Source: an uncultured Bacilli bacterium
Lineage (GTDB): Bacteria; Bacillota_I; Bacilli_A; RF39; UBA660
DNA: 64,000 bases
Direction of reading: 5' to 3'
Assembly: GCA_944372195.1 (NCBI GenBank)
Contig: CALVYK010000003.1
Location: forward strand, 10,337 to 74,336
Shown here: positions 20,155-31,029 of the stretch, piece by piece
How positions within the stretch are numbered: position 1 is the first letter of the stretch
Layout: each line of letters begins with the position of its first letter
Program-made: the position numbers and the translations under genes
The notes under the pieces: generated by a model
Databases searched by the model: none
What the model was told of the DNA's origin: nothing
The model's input: the letters and a program-made list of their open reading frames with translations, nothing else

Positions 20155-21224
20155 AAGTAACTAATTCAGAATATGCTTGTTTATCATCTTTTTTAATAAG
20201 ATCATTATTTTTTGGACCAGCTATTTATAGTATCTTACATTTTGCTTTACAAGATGGCTGGATAAGTATCATCGTTTCATTTATTTTAAGCTTTATTCCT
20301 TTAATTATTTATTATAAGCTACTAAATTGTAATCCTAATGATAATATTGTTAGCTTAAATAACAAATTAGGATTAATAGGAAAAATAATTAATACAATTC
20401 TAACAGCTTTTGTTATTTTTCACGCCAGTCTAATTCTATGGAATTTAACTAACTTCATATATTCACAATTTCTATTCCAAACACCATTAATTGTTATTGC
20501 TATTATTATTTCCTTTGGCATATTTTATATCAGTATTAAAAACCTAACAACTATCGCTAGAACGGGAACTGTTTTCTTTATTATTAGCACTATACTATAT
20601 TTTATAGCAGCTTTATCTTTAATTAGTAAATGCGATTTAAATGGTCTTAAACCCATTTTCAACTCAGGTATTATGTCAATTCTAAAGGGAAGTTTTTCTT
20701 CTTTAGGACTTAATATATTTCCTTTATTTATAATTTTAATAATACCGAAAAATAACATCAAAAATAATAACAAAATTATATCATCTTTCTTTAAAGTTTA
20801 TATTTTCAGATATTTGTGCATGCTATCAGTATTAGTAATTTGTGTAGCTATTTTGGGAATAGAATTAACTAACCTTTATCAATATCCGGAATATCACATT
20901 TTAAAAACTATTAATATTGCTAACTTTTTTCAAAGAGTCGAATCAGTTTTATCAGTTCAGTGGATATTTGATGCTGTCATGTCAATAGCATTATGCCTTT
21001 ATTATGTTAAAGAAAGTATAACCAAAACATTTAATTTAAAAAACAAATTTAATTTAATAAATATTATTTGCATTATTAGTATTTTAATTATCGCAAATTA
21101 TATCTTTACTAGTAATACGGTAGCAGAAACATTTTATAAAAATATTTATCCTTTTCTAACTTCAATCTTTTTCTTAATTATTCCTTTGATAATATTAATA
21201 ATAGTTAAAGTTAAGAAAACTTAA
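20151..21224 (+). CDS. Spore germination protein, GerAB-type permease subunit
   Basis: 357 aa with about 10 TM segments (APC-like). ATGA overlap with the C subunit. Confidence 0.8.
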   Translation: MKVTNSEYACLSSFLIRSLFFGPAIYSILHFALQDGWISIIVSFILSFIPLIIYYKLLNCNPNDNIVSLNNKLGLIGKIINTILTAFVIFHASLILWNLTNFIYSQFLFQTPLIVIAIIISFGIFYISIKNLTTIARTGTVFFIISTILYFIAALSLISKCDLNGLKPIFNSGIMSILKGSFSSLGLNIFPLFIILIIPKNNIKNNNKIISSFFKVYIFRYLCMLSVLVICVAILGIELTNLYQYPEYHILKTINIANFFQRVESVLSVQWIFDAVMSIALCLYYVKESITKTFNLKNKFNLINIICIISILIIANYIFTSNTVAETFYKNIYPFLTSIFFLIIPLIILIIVKVKKT

Positions 21225-22052
21225 TTATTCTAATTTTCTCGCTATATTATATCCAACAACTAGCAATACAAGGGCAACTATAGTTTCTAAAATGCTATAG
21301 TTGTTTTTAAATGTTTCAAAAAATAAACTCAACACTGAACTTAAAGTAAATCCAAGAATTCCACAGTACATATACTCCTTTTTTTTATCAAATAAATATG
21401 TCATCAATTTAGATAATATAATAACACATAAAACAATACCCAATAAATAAGGAATGACTTTAAAAATATTAGAAAAAATAGCTTCCATACTAGTTAAAGA
21501 GCTTAAAAAATTTAATAACAAATTATAACAACCTAAAATCATCATCACCGCTGTTCCACTAATACCAGGAATTATCATAGTTAAGGCATCAATAAAACCA
21601 ATAATAAAAAATAATAAAAAATTAATCAATTCATTGGATGTCTCGACAAAAAAATGTTGACCACACACTAAAGAAATTAAAAAAACTGTGGAAAAACTTA
21701 AAGTTAAAATCAAAATATGTATAAATTTCACTTTTTTAATATTAATATTATCGATCAAAGAAGGAATTCCTCCCATTATCAAACCGATAAATAAAAGAAT
21801 AGTTGGAAAATAATAATTATTAATAAAATAAAGAATCAAACCACTAGTCAAAGAAATAGATAGTAATACTCCTAATCCGATAGGAAATAAAAATAAAAAA
21901 TTATTAATTGGATTTTCAAAAAAATTACTAATTGCTTTAATAGCCTTTTCATAAATTCCAAAACTAATTGCAATTAAAGCTCCACTAACACCAGGAATTA
22001 TTTTGGCTATTCCTATTATAAATCCTTTTAATAACAAAGTTAAAAAATTCAT
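21225..22052 (-). CDS. DUF368-family membrane protein (family recently linked to undecaprenyl-phosphate recycling)
   Basis: Duplicated motif IIPGVSGALIAISFGIYEK / IIPGISGTAVMMILGCY and 8 TM segments. RBS gaggtga. Confidence 0.8.
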   Translation of the reverse strand: MNFLTLLLKGFIIGIAKIIPGVSGALIAISFGIYEKAIKAISNFFENPINNFLFLFPIGLGVLLSISLTSGLILYFINNYYFPTILLFIGLIMGGIPSLIDNINIKKVKFIHILILTLSFSTVFLISLVCGQHFFVETSNELINFLLFFIIGFIDALTMIIPGISGTAVMMILGCYNLLLNFLSSLTSMEAIFSNIFKVIPYLLGIVLCVIILSKLMTYLFDKKKEYMYCGILGFTLSSVLSLFFETFKNNYSILETIVALVLLVVGYNIARKLE

Positions 22053-22061
22053 AAATCACCT

Positions 22062-22088
22062 CAAAAAAAGATGTTGTTATAACATCTT
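22062..22088 (-). terminator. Intrinsic terminator after trpS
   Basis: On the minus strand: AAGATGTT ataac AACATCTT followed by T7. It overlaps the trpS stop codon. Confidence 0.7.
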
Positions 22089-23088
22089 ATTCAAAGTAAT
22101 CTATTTTCATGTTTTCTCTAACTAGTTTCATTTTATTTTTCGCATACTTTTGTGCTTTTAAAGTTCCCTCTTTTAAAATATTGTCAACTACATCAATATT
22201 TTCTTCATAATATTTTCTTTTTTCTTGAATTGGTTTTAAAAATTCCATCATCTTATTAATAAGTTCTTTTTTACATGCTACACAACCACGACTGCCTGCT
22301 TTACATTCACTACAAACAGTATCTAAGTTACCTTTATTAACTAATTTGTGATAATAATAAACCATACATACATCAGGATTTGCTTTATCATCTTTTTTAA
22401 TTTTATTAGGATCAGTAACAGCTGACATAATTTTTTTAGAAATAGTTTCATAATCATCAATTAAATATATAGCATTCCCTAGACTTTTACCCATTTTCTC
22501 ATTGCCATCTAATCCTTTAATTCGAGTATTTTTAGTTAATAATTGTTCTGGTTCTACTAATGTATTACCATAGATAGAATTAAATTTACGGACTATTTCA
22601 CGACATTGTTCTAAAAGAGGTAATTGATCTTCACCTACTGGTACTAACTCACCATCAAACATAGTAATATCAGCAGCTTGACTTACAGGATAACCTAAAA
22701 AACCATAAGTAACACTTTCACCATTACCAAACAATTCTTTTTTTTGTTTAATTTCTGTTTTAACGGTTGGATTACGATATAGTCTAGAAATAGTTACTAA
22801 ATTAGAATAATAAACTGTAGCTTCAGCTATTTCAGGTATATATGATTGAATAAAAATAGTTGTTTTTTTAGGATCAATACCGCAGGCTAACAAATCCAAA
22901 GTTAATTCTTTAACATTTTTTCTAACTTTATCAGGATTATTAAAATTGTCAGTTAATGCTTGTACATCAGCTATTTCAATAAAAGTATTATATTTATCTT
23001 GTAAATCAACCCAATTAGAAACAGCTCCAAAATAATGACCTAAATGTAAATTACCAGTTGGTCTAATACCTGTTAATATGTTTTTCAT
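22087..23088 (-). CDS. trpS: Tryptophan--tRNA ligase
   Basis: The HIGH-type motif is GIRPTGNLHLGHYFG and the KMSKS-type motif is KMGKSLGN. 333 aa. Confidence 0.95.
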   Translation of the reverse strand: MKNILTGIRPTGNLHLGHYFGAVSNWVDLQDKYNTFIEIADVQALTDNFNNPDKVRKNVKELTLDLLACGIDPKKTTIFIQSYIPEIAEATVYYSNLVTISRLYRNPTVKTEIKQKKELFGNGESVTYGFLGYPVSQAADITMFDGELVPVGEDQLPLLEQCREIVRKFNSIYGNTLVEPEQLLTKNTRIKGLDGNEKMGKSLGNAIYLIDDYETISKKIMSAVTDPNKIKKDDKANPDVCMVYYYHKLVNKGNLDTVCSECKAGSRGCVACKKELINKMMEFLKPIQEKRKYYEENIDVVDNILKEGTLKAQKYAKNKMKLVRENMKIDYFE

Positions 23089-23090
23089 AA

Positions 23091-24245
23091 CTACCTCCTT
23101 ACAGCTAATAAATAAATAGCTGCAGCAAATTCTTTTGGAAAAAAATTAAATACAGCATTTATTTTATCACAATTCTTTAATTTTAAATATATATATTTTG
23201 TAATAATTGATCTATCTAATATTTTTTTTATTTCATCTAAATCAAATTTTTCAAAATTTATATCCTTAGTCTCTTCTAATTTATCTAAAAGTATCCTATT
23301 TATTTCATATGATTTATATATTTTATCGACTTTAATCTTAAATATTTCTAACGTATCCTCAATTATTTTATTAAACTTTTTTTGATCATAATTTTTAAAA
23401 TTACCAATATAATTTAACTTACTACAAATAGCGTCTATTTTATTGTGATATTCATAATATAAATTAGATAAAGATCCTTTTTTAAAAGTATATAGATTGC
23501 CATCTAATTTATTAAATTTTTTTAGTGTATCATTATAACCTAATCTAATCATTCTTTTAGTAACATTTGATTCAAACATTAAAAAGGAATCTAACTTATT
23601 ATTTGGTTCAATATATGTTATTTTTACATCTTTGCTTTTTATTTTTTTTCTAAATCCAATTGAACCTAAATCAACGGCAATTACTTCAGTCGCTCCTAAA
23701 TCGATCGCTAAATTGATTGGTAAATTATCATAATATCCACCATCTACTAAAATATCATTGCCTATTTTAGTCGGCTTAAAAAATGGAAAACATGTAGCAG
23801 ATGCTAAAATATATTTTTTTAATTTATCAGGTCTAGTATTTTTTTTAGTTGAAACAACAACCTTTCTAGTTGATAAATTATAAGATACTACACCAAAAGC
23901 AATTTTAGAATTATATAATTTATTAGGCTTGTAATTATCATTAATTAATTGTTCAATTTTTACAGTATCTATACCACCTTCAACAATTTTATTTAAATAT
24001 TCTAAATACATTTCTTTAGAATTATTTGTTTGTTTAAAATTATCATATAAAACATCATAATTAATATTTTTCCACAATCTTAAACATTTATAAAATTCCA
24101 TTTGAGCCATCATCATTCCATTTAATGCTCCAATTGAAGTGCCTGTTACAATATCGTATTTAATATGTAATTTACGAAGTGCTTTCCAAACACCAACTTC
24201 ATAGGCTCCTTTAGCTCCACCACCAGATAATACAATAGCTAGCAT
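23091..24245 (-). CDS. Patatin-like phospholipase
   Basis: Oxyanion motif LSGGGAKGAYEVG, nucleophile motif GTSIGALNG, and a catalytic-Asp region VDGGYYDNLP. Confidence 0.85.
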   Translation of the reverse strand: MLAIVLSGGGAKGAYEVGVWKALRKLHIKYDIVTGTSIGALNGMMMAQMEFYKCLRLWKNINYDVLYDNFKQTNNSKEMYLEYLNKIVEGGIDTVKIEQLINDNYKPNKLYNSKIAFGVVSYNLSTRKVVVSTKKNTRPDKLKKYILASATCFPFFKPTKIGNDILVDGGYYDNLPINLAIDLGATEVIAVDLGSIGFRKKIKSKDVKITYIEPNNKLDSFLMFESNVTKRMIRLGYNDTLKKFNKLDGNLYTFKKGSLSNLYYEYHNKIDAICSKLNYIGNFKNYDQKKFNKIIEDTLEIFKIKVDKIYKSYEINRILLDKLEETKDINFEKFDLDEIKKILDRSIITKYIYLKLKNCDKINAVFNFFPKEFAAAIYLLAVRR

Positions 24246-24257
24246 ATTTCATCTCCA

Positions 24258-25484
24258 TTAATTTGCATATACATAAAAAATAATATTTTTATTAAATTCT
24301 AATTCTTTATAATCTATAATGTTTTTAACTCCAAAAGTATCATTATATACTTTTATTTTATTATCTTCAATAAAATAAACATAATTGTTAACATAATTTA
24401 TTAAATCTATTGATTGTGTAGTAAACAAATAAATCATTCCATCATTGTCTTGAATGTTAGTTTTATAAACATCATAACTATTGCCATTCTTTTTGTATAA
24501 ATAATAGAAGCCAGTATCTTCACCTACTTTGTCAACTCTTTCATAACCTTCATACCCATAATTTTCATCTAAAGCAAATTTTTTTTCTTGATTAGCTTCA
24601 GCAACTGTCATAGTTTTCCACTGCCCGTCATTATATTTTATTTCTGTTCCAGTTTTGACAATACTTTTATTATTAGGATCTATTTCATACTGAATTTTAT
24701 TATCCTTATCATATAAATAGACTTTATTACCAATTATTCCTTGAATATAACTATCGAAAGAAATAGCAGTATCCGATGTAATAGTAGATGCATTCAAATT
24801 TACTAAATCAACAATATTTATTTTATTAAATTCGTATTGTTGATTATAATCAGCTACAATATAATATCTATCAACAAAAGTACCTAATTTTTGATTATAA
24901 ACATCATTTTTAAATAATGTTATATTGTATACGACTGAATTAAAATTTTTACTTATGTTATAAATACCTTTATAATTATTAATTCCTACATAATGATTAT
25001 CAATTAAATTATCACGATATACCGAAACATTTTCTATTTCATGCGCTGTTGCGTTATCTTTAAACTGATTAGCATCATATATTTCTATATTTTTAACAAA
25101 TTCATCTAAATTATTGTTTCCCTTAATATTATGATAATACTGATAGATATCACTTTTGCATATCATGTCAATTAATATTTCACCATCAAAAATAGGTAAA
25201 ATACATTTATAAGTATCATCCTCATAATATTTTATATCAGTTAATACTCTATTTTCCTTTCCAAAGTCTTTAAAAATTTGAAAAGAAAATTTTATATCGT
25301 TAATTGTTACCTCATAATAGTAATTATTATTACTAAAATTAGATTTTTCAACAACATCAAAATCATTTGTTTCATCCTTTATTCTATAGCTTATATCTTG
25401 TCCATTACTGAACCAATAAAAAATAAACTGGATACCTAAATAAAATAAAAATAATACTATTAACATAAAAAACAATCTTCTCAT
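24258..25484 (-). CDS. Membrane-anchored hypothetical protein
   Basis: Start moved to the ATG at 25484 (RBS aggtgag). The N-terminal TM is MRRLFFMLIVLFLFYLGIQFIFYWF. The remainder is Tyr/Asn-rich and predicted extracytoplasmic. Confidence 0.6.
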   Translation of the reverse strand: MRRLFFMLIVLFLFYLGIQFIFYWFSNGQDISYRIKDETNDFDVVEKSNFSNNNYYYEVTINDIKFSFQIFKDFGKENRVLTDIKYYEDDTYKCILPIFDGEILIDMICKSDIYQYYHNIKGNNNLDEFVKNIEIYDANQFKDNATAHEIENVSVYRDNLIDNHYVGINNYKGIYNISKNFNSVVYNITLFKNDVYNQKLGTFVDRYYIVADYNQQYEFNKINIVDLVNLNASTITSDTAISFDSYIQGIIGNKVYLYDKDNKIQYEIDPNNKSIVKTGTEIKYNDGQWKTMTVAEANQEKKFALDENYGYEGYERVDKVGEDTGFYYLYKKNGNSYDVYKTNIQDNDGMIYLFTTQSIDLINYVNNYVYFIEDNKIKVYNDTFGVKNIIDYKELEFNKNIIFYVYAN

Positions 25485-25617
25485 ATTCTCACCTATAATT
25501 ATTATATATGATTTTTTTATAATTATCAATATGTTTATTTATAAAATATAGGTGTTTAATTCACACCCTTTTGTCATTATTGAATATGCTATATTAGAAA
25601 ATGAAAGGGTGGATTTT

Positions 25618-26064
25618 ATGTGTAATAATGAAAATGAATCTTGCAAATGCATAGCGGAAATATTAACTGTAATATGTATTCTACAACAAAACGCAAATTG
25701 TTCTGATTCATGTTTAGATACATGTGATCGTGGATTTTTAGGTTGTGGTACTACTACTTATACTTGCAATACAAGACCTATAATGTTATATACATGCTGT
25801 GGTAATGGGACACCATGGAGTATGCCAACAACTAAAGATACAACTGACTGTACTGACACTCCAACACCATCAAATTGTTCAAACGTATTTAGAATTGAAA
25901 AAATTGATGGATGTTGTGCAACTTTTAGAGTTCTAGCACCAAATACTGATCCTCTAACACAAGCAGCTATTCCATATGTATCAACTAATTCTTTCTTTAC
26001 TATGAATTTAAATTGTGTTTGTAGTTTAAGATGTTTACAAGATACATACGTTGAATGTTTATAA
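25618..26064 (+). CDS. CotY/CotZ-family spore coat/crust protein
   Basis: Start moved to the ATG at 25618 (RBS gaaagggtgg). Cys-rich, with VFRIEKIDGCCATFRVLAP and NLNCVCSLRCL aligning to the CotY blocks FFRVEKLCDCCATLSILRP and LGCFCAIQCL as I remember them. Confidence 0.75.
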   Translation: MCNNENESCKCIAEILTVICILQQNANCSDSCLDTCDRGFLGCGTTTYTCNTRPIMLYTCCGNGTPWSMPTTKDTTDCTDTPTPSNCSNVFRIEKIDGCCATFRVLAPNTDPLTQAAIPYVSTNSFFTMNLNCVCSLRCLQDTYVECL

Positions 26065-26068
26065 CATT

Positions 26069-26097
26069 AAAACAACGAAATTAATCGTTGTTTTTTT
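26069..26097. terminator. Bidirectional intrinsic terminator
   Basis: AAAACAACGA aattaa TCGTTGTTTT followed by TTT. It overlaps the stop of the minus-strand ORF at 26081. Confidence 0.7.
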
Positions 26098-26404
26098 GAA
26101 ATTCAATATCTAATATATCATTTACATTAATAACTTCATTATCCATAGTAATTAATTCATTTCTATTTCTGCCAATAATTCTTTTATTCATTTTACCATT
26201 TTTAGTAGTAATAATAACATCTGCTTTATAAACATATCTAGCTGATGAAAAAATTTGATTTATCTTTTGCTTAACAGTAAATATAGAATTAGAATTGTCA
26301 TTTTGTTCACTTCTTAGTTCATTCTTATTGTAATATACTGTTTCATTATTATTTAAATTTTTATCAATTTTATTAGCAAAAACTTTAGGTAATTTTTTTT
26401 CCAT
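26081..26404 (-). CDS. Hypothetical protein downstream of polC
   Basis: 107-aa ORF with RBS agaggtg upstream and no recognisable motif. Confidence 0.5.
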   Translation of the reverse strand: MEKKLPKVFANKIDKNLNNNETVYYNKNELRSEQNDNSNSIFTVKQKINQIFSSARYVYKADVIITTKNGKMNKRIIGRNRNELITMDNEVINVNDILDIEFQKNND

Positions 26405-26460
26405 AGAAACACCTCTTAATAAATTATATTATCTATTTTTCAAAATATGAAAAAAGTCAA

Positions 26461-29400
26461 CTAAAATAAACTTAATTGACTCGATTCATCTAAATTATCT
26501 AAAATATGCATATTACGCATTTTTTCAATTAAAGTACTAGATACTTTACCACGTTTTTGTAAGTCTTCAATACTTAAGAATTCACCTTTATTTCTTTCTT
26601 CTACTATTGTTTTAGCAACAGTATCACCTAGTCCATCAATACTACTAAAAGGTGGAATTAAATTACCTTCTTCATCTAAAGAAAATGTTGTTGCTTGACT
26701 TTTATTTAAATCAATATTTTTAAATTTTAAACCACGCGCTGTCATTTCTAAAGCAAGTTTTAAACATTCTAAGATACCACTTTCCTTATTTGAAGCATCA
26801 TAACCTTTATTAGAAATTTCAGCCATTCTGTTTTTAATAGCATCATAACCTTTTATCATTGTTTCGATATCAAAATCTGTTGCTTTAGTTGAAAACCATG
26901 ATGCATAAAAATAACTTGGGTAATGAACTTTATAATAAGCTATTCTAAAAGCACTAGTAACGTAAGCAGTTGCATGAGCTTTTGGGAACATGTACTTTAT
27001 TTTACGACATGAATTAATATACCAATCTTCAATGCCGGCTTCTTTCATTTCTTGCTCAAATTCAACCCATTTATCAGGTTCTTTACTTGCTTTCCCTTTT
27101 CTTACAAATTCCATTATTTTAAATGCTTTGATTGGTTTCATTCCTTTTTGCATCAAATAAACCATTATGTCATCACGACATCCGATTACTTCTTTAAATG
27201 GTACGATATTATTTTTAATTAATTCTTGAGCATTACCTAACCATACATCAGTACCATGCGATAAGCCTGATATTTTAATTAATTCGGCAAATGTTGTAGG
27301 TTTAGTTTCCGCTACTAATCCTATTGTAAAAGGTGTCCCAAATTCAGGGATTCCTAAAGTACCAGTTTCATTTAATATTTGTTCCTTAGTAACTCCTAAA
27401 GGTTCAGGTGATAAAAATATTTTCATAGTTTCCTTATCATCTAATGGAACTTTTGTAATATCATGCCCAGATAAATCTTGAATCATTCTTAATTGTGTTG
27501 GGTCTGAATGACCTAAAATATCTAGTTTTAAGACGTCTTGATCAATAGCATGATAATCAAAGTGAGTTGTTCGCCAAGCACTAGTTGGGTCATCAGCAGG
27601 ATATTGAAAAGGCGTAAAATCAAAAACATCCATATATCCAGGTATTACAACTATTCCTCCAGGATGTTGTCCTGTTGTTCTTTTAACGCCTGTACAACCG
27701 AGCGCTAATCTTTCAATTTCAGCGGATTTTTTAGTTATACCTTTGTCTTCACAATAACCTTTAACAAAACCATAAGCTGTTTTTTCAGCTACTGTACCAA
27801 TTGTTCCAGCACGATATACATTATCTTCACCAAATAGTACCTTAGTATATTCGTGTGCTGCTGCTTGATTTAAATCAGAAAAGTTTAAATCTATATCTGG
27901 AACTTTATCCGCATTAAATCCTAAGAATGTCGCGAAAGGCATGTCATTACCGTCTTTTAACATTTTAGTGTTACATTTTGGACATTCTAAATCAGGTAAA
28001 TCAAAACCAGATGAATAAGTATTTGCTAAAGGTACACCATCTATTTCAAATATACTATGTTTACAATTAGGGCAACGATAATGAGCTGGCAATGGATTTA
28101 CTTCAGTTATACCCATCATAGTTGCAACAAATGAAGATCCAACAGAACCACGAGATCCAACTAAAAAGCCATCATCATTTGATTTTTTAACTAGTTTTTG
28201 GGCAATTAAATAAATAACATCGAATCCTCCACCGATAATACCACCTAATGTTTTCTTTAATTTTTTTTCAACTTCTTCATCATTTAAATCTGGTTCAGTT
28301 ATTTTAATTTCATTTCTAATTTTATCTTTAACAGCATCAAAGCCTTGTAATATAGTTTCATGTAATATCTTAAATCCTTCTTCTTCAATATTTAAAACAT
28401 TATTTCTTTTTAATTCTTCTTTGATACTATTAAATATACCATCCCCATATAATTCTTTAGCAATTCTCTCTTCAATATTATAAGGTAATGGATCACCATA
28501 CCAATCCTTAGCTTTTGTATAAACCAAATCTGTAACTGTTTCCACTGATTTATCAATTCTAGGTGAAAAAGGAACCCCACCAGTTTCAATAATTACTTCA
28601 ACAATTTCAATCATGTCAGCTATTTTATTAGGATTAGTTATAACAATTTCTTTTCTTGTTTCTTCATCTAAAAAATCAAAATTTTCTAACATTTCATTTG
28701 TTGTTCTAAAATGTTGACTAGGTATTTCCGTTATACTATTTTTAGCCAGTGGATGTCTTCCACCACCTGGCACTTTTTGATTAACAATAATTTCCCTATA
28801 AATTTTATCTTCTTTAAATAAATGATGGACATCACCTGTTGCTACTATTATTTTACCTGAATCTTTAGTTACTCTAATAATTTTTCTAATGTGTTCCATT
28901 AGTTCGATACTAGAACCAAAATCATTAGTTTGTAACAAATGATTATAAACATCTAATGGTTGAACTTCAACATAATCATAAAAATTAATTATGTTGGTTA
29001 ATTCTTCATCAGATTTACTTTTAGCTTCAACAAATACTTCGCTTTCATAACATCCGCTACCTATTAATAATCCTTCTCTTAATTCATTTAAAACACTTCT
29101 TAATATTCTAGGTGTTTTATATAAATAAACTGTATTAGCTAAAGAAATAATTTTAAATAAATTCTTTAATCCTTTTTTATTTTTAACTAAAATATTAACA
29201 TGATAACTTCTACCATATTTATGGATTTCACTTTTATCAATCATTTTATTTAGTTGGGAAACTCTTTCTATATTTTGACTTGATAGTTTTTGCATCATCT
29301 TATGAAATACTAAAGCTGTACCTTCAGCATCGTAATCTGCTCTATGGTGAGCATCTTCATCCCAAGGAACATCATAACGTTTTACTAAAGCAGTTAAATT

Positions 29401-30978
29401 ATGTCTTGCATAATTACTATCTAATATTCTTGATAGTTCTAATGTATCAATAACTGTATTTTTATACTCACCTAAATTATATTTTTTATAACACATCTCT
29501 AAAAAAGATGTATCAAATTTAGCATTATGAGCAACCATTGGTAGGTCACCAAACCACTCAATAAATCTTTTAATAGCATTTTCCTCGTTATCTTTTCCTT
29601 CTAACATTTCATCAGTTATGTTAGTAACTTCAGTTATTTTAGGAGGTAATTTTCTACCTGGATTAATTAATTCATCATATCTATCAATTATCTCTCCATT
29701 ATGAATTTTAACAGCACCAATTTCAATAATAGTATCGCCACCTGCCGCATTAAAACCAGTTGTTTCAAAATCAAATACGACATAAGTATTATCTAATAAA
29801 ACAGAATCATTTTCTCTTACTACAATATTAACACTATCATCAATTAAAGTTAATTCCGTTCCGTAAATAGCTTTAAATTTGTCTTTTTCTTCTTTACCCT
29901 TATTTAAATCACATACTAGGTGATATACATCAGGGTATGCTTGAGCACCATTATGATCGGTAATAGCAATAGCCTTATGACCCCATTTATATGCTTGTTT
30001 AACTAATGTTTTAGCATCTACTACTCCATCCATTTGACTCATCATTGTATGTGCATGTAATTCAACTCTTTTTTCTTTAGCATCATCATTAGGTGTGGTT
30101 ATAACTTTATCACTTTTATTAACATCTCTTAAATTTAAAACTATTTCATTAGAATACTTATCAAATTTAGTATATCCTCTAAATTTATACCAAGTATTAT
30201 TTTTTATATTTTTCTTATAAAAATCAAAATCACTTTGTTCTTTTACAAATAATTTAGCGTACATACTATCATTAAAATCTGTTATTTTTAAAGTAAATAT
30301 TTTAAAATTAGATTTACTTGATTCAAAAATGTCAATACCAAAAACATAGGCTTCGATACTTACATTATCTTCTTCGGTAAATATACCACTTATCTCATGT
30401 GTAATTTTAGGAATATAACTACCCATTATTTCAATTATTTCCTTTTTTTCTTTTGGAACTTCTATAACCTTTGATTCTTCGATTTCTTTTCTTATTTCTT
30501 TACTTTTTTCTTCATCAATAGTTATATTTATATTAATATCATCATATCCTACGCTATTTAACAAATCAATTAATTTAACTTCTATTGATTTAAATTTCAT
30601 TTCTTCGGCTTTATTAGCCACCTTAATATTAATTGTATTATCATTAATATCTAAATTATCAGTTATAAAAGTTTCTAATAAAGGAAACTCTTTTAGATTC
30701 TGTTTTAGTAAATAATTATAATAATCATTTATATATTCATTTATTTTATCATCTACTTTAAATGAAACACCAACTTTGTAGTTTTTAAAATTGTTTTTTA
30801 AACAATCTAAAAAACTTATATAAGTTGAAAGTGGTAATGTGTTTTTTAAAGTAATAAAAAAGTGATAACACGTTTTGTCTTTATTACCTATTATTTTATC
30901 TAATTTTCCTTCATTAAAAAAAACAAATAAATTGTTATCTAGTTTAATTTGATTTAATAATAGATTAAGTTTTTCCAT
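26461..30978 (-). CDS. polC: DNA polymerase III PolC-type alpha subunit (PHP, 3'-5' exonuclease, polymerase core)
   Basis: Start moved to the ATG at 30978 (RBS ggtgg). The exonuclease motif is VVFDFETTG...HNAKFD. The PHP motif is VELHAHTMMSQMDG. The zinc-module Cys pairs are CPNCKH...CPKC. About 1505 aa. Confidence 0.95.
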   Translation of the reverse strand: MEKLNLLLNQIKLDNNLFVFFNEGKLDKIIGNKDKTCYHFFITLKNTLPLSTYISFLDCLKNNFKNYKVGVSFKVDDKINEYINDYYNYLLKQNLKEFPLLETFITDNLDINDNTINIKVANKAEEMKFKSIEVKLIDLLNSVGYDDININITIDEEKSKEIRKEIEESKVIEVPKEKKEIIEIMGSYIPKITHEISGIFTEEDNVSIEAYVFGIDIFESSKSNFKIFTLKITDFNDSMYAKLFVKEQSDFDFYKKNIKNNTWYKFRGYTKFDKYSNEIVLNLRDVNKSDKVITTPNDDAKEKRVELHAHTMMSQMDGVVDAKTLVKQAYKWGHKAIAITDHNGAQAYPDVYHLVCDLNKGKEEKDKFKAIYGTELTLIDDSVNIVVRENDSVLLDNTYVVFDFETTGFNAAGGDTIIEIGAVKIHNGEIIDRYDELINPGRKLPPKITEVTNITDEMLEGKDNEENAIKRFIEWFGDLPMVAHNAKFDTSFLEMCYKKYNLGEYKNTVIDTLELSRILDSNYARHNLTALVKRYDVPWDEDAHHRADYDAEGTALVFHKMMQKLSSQNIERVSQLNKMIDKSEIHKYGRSYHVNILVKNKKGLKNLFKIISLANTVYLYKTPRILRSVLNELREGLLIGSGCYESEVFVEAKSKSDEELTNIINFYDYVEVQPLDVYNHLLQTNDFGSSIELMEHIRKIIRVTKDSGKIIVATGDVHHLFKEDKIYREIIVNQKVPGGGRHPLAKNSITEIPSQHFRTTNEMLENFDFLDEETRKEIVITNPNKIADMIEIVEVIIETGGVPFSPRIDKSVETVTDLVYTKAKDWYGDPLPYNIEERIAKELYGDGIFNSIKEELKRNNVLNIEEEGFKILHETILQGFDAVKDKIRNEIKITEPDLNDEEVEKKLKKTLGGIIGGGFDVIYLIAQKLVKKSNDDGFLVGSRGSVGSSFVATMMGITEVNPLPAHYRCPNCKHSIFEIDGVPLANTYSSGFDLPDLECPKCNTKMLKDGNDMPFATFLGFNADKVPDIDLNFSDLNQAAAHEYTKVLFGEDNVYRAGTIGTVAEKTAYGFVKGYCEDKGITKKSAEIERLALGCTGVKRTTGQHPGGIVVIPGYMDVFDFTPFQYPADDPTSAWRTTHFDYHAIDQDVLKLDILGHSDPTQLRMIQDLSGHDITKVPLDDKETMKIFLSPEPLGVTKEQILNETGTLGIPEFGTPFTIGLVAETKPTTFAELIKISGLSHGTDVWLGNAQELIKNNIVPFKEVIGCRDDIMVYLMQKGMKPIKAFKIMEFVRKGKASKEPDKWVEFEQEMKEAGIEDWYINSCRKIKYMFPKAHATAYVTSAFRIAYYKVHYPSYFYASWFSTKATDFDIETMIKGYDAIKNRMAEISNKGYDASNKESGILECLKLALEMTARGLKFKNIDLNKSQATTFSLDEEGNLIPPFSSIDGLGDTVAKTIVEERNKGEFLSIEDLQKRGKVSSTLIEKMRNMHILDNLDESSQLSLF

Positions 30979-31029
30979 TTTTACCACCCAATATATTGTA
31001 TCAAATATAATTTTTTTTAACAACTAAAT

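Noticed and set aside
18994-21224. Germinant-receptor operon in A-C-B order with ATGA overlaps, unlike the B. subtilis gerA A-B-C order.
   Set aside because: Alternative subunit orders are, to my knowledge, common among clostridial-type ger operons. All three subunits look intact, so this is ordinary for a spore former.
30979-31023. N-terminal extensions offered by the ORF track for polC. Similar extensions occur at 10860-10958, 25485-25529, 25552-25617, 32825-32893, 32927-32944, 40156-40224, 41100-41108, 42580-42615, 48351-48395, 56747-56755, 58872-58883, 59600-59623 and 63106-63117.
   Set aside because: In each case an internal ATG or GTG is preceded at 5-9 nt by a GGAGG/AGGTGA-type RBS. 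The upstream extension either runs through that RBS, starts at a non-ATG codon, or encodes junk-like sequence. The shorter start was used.
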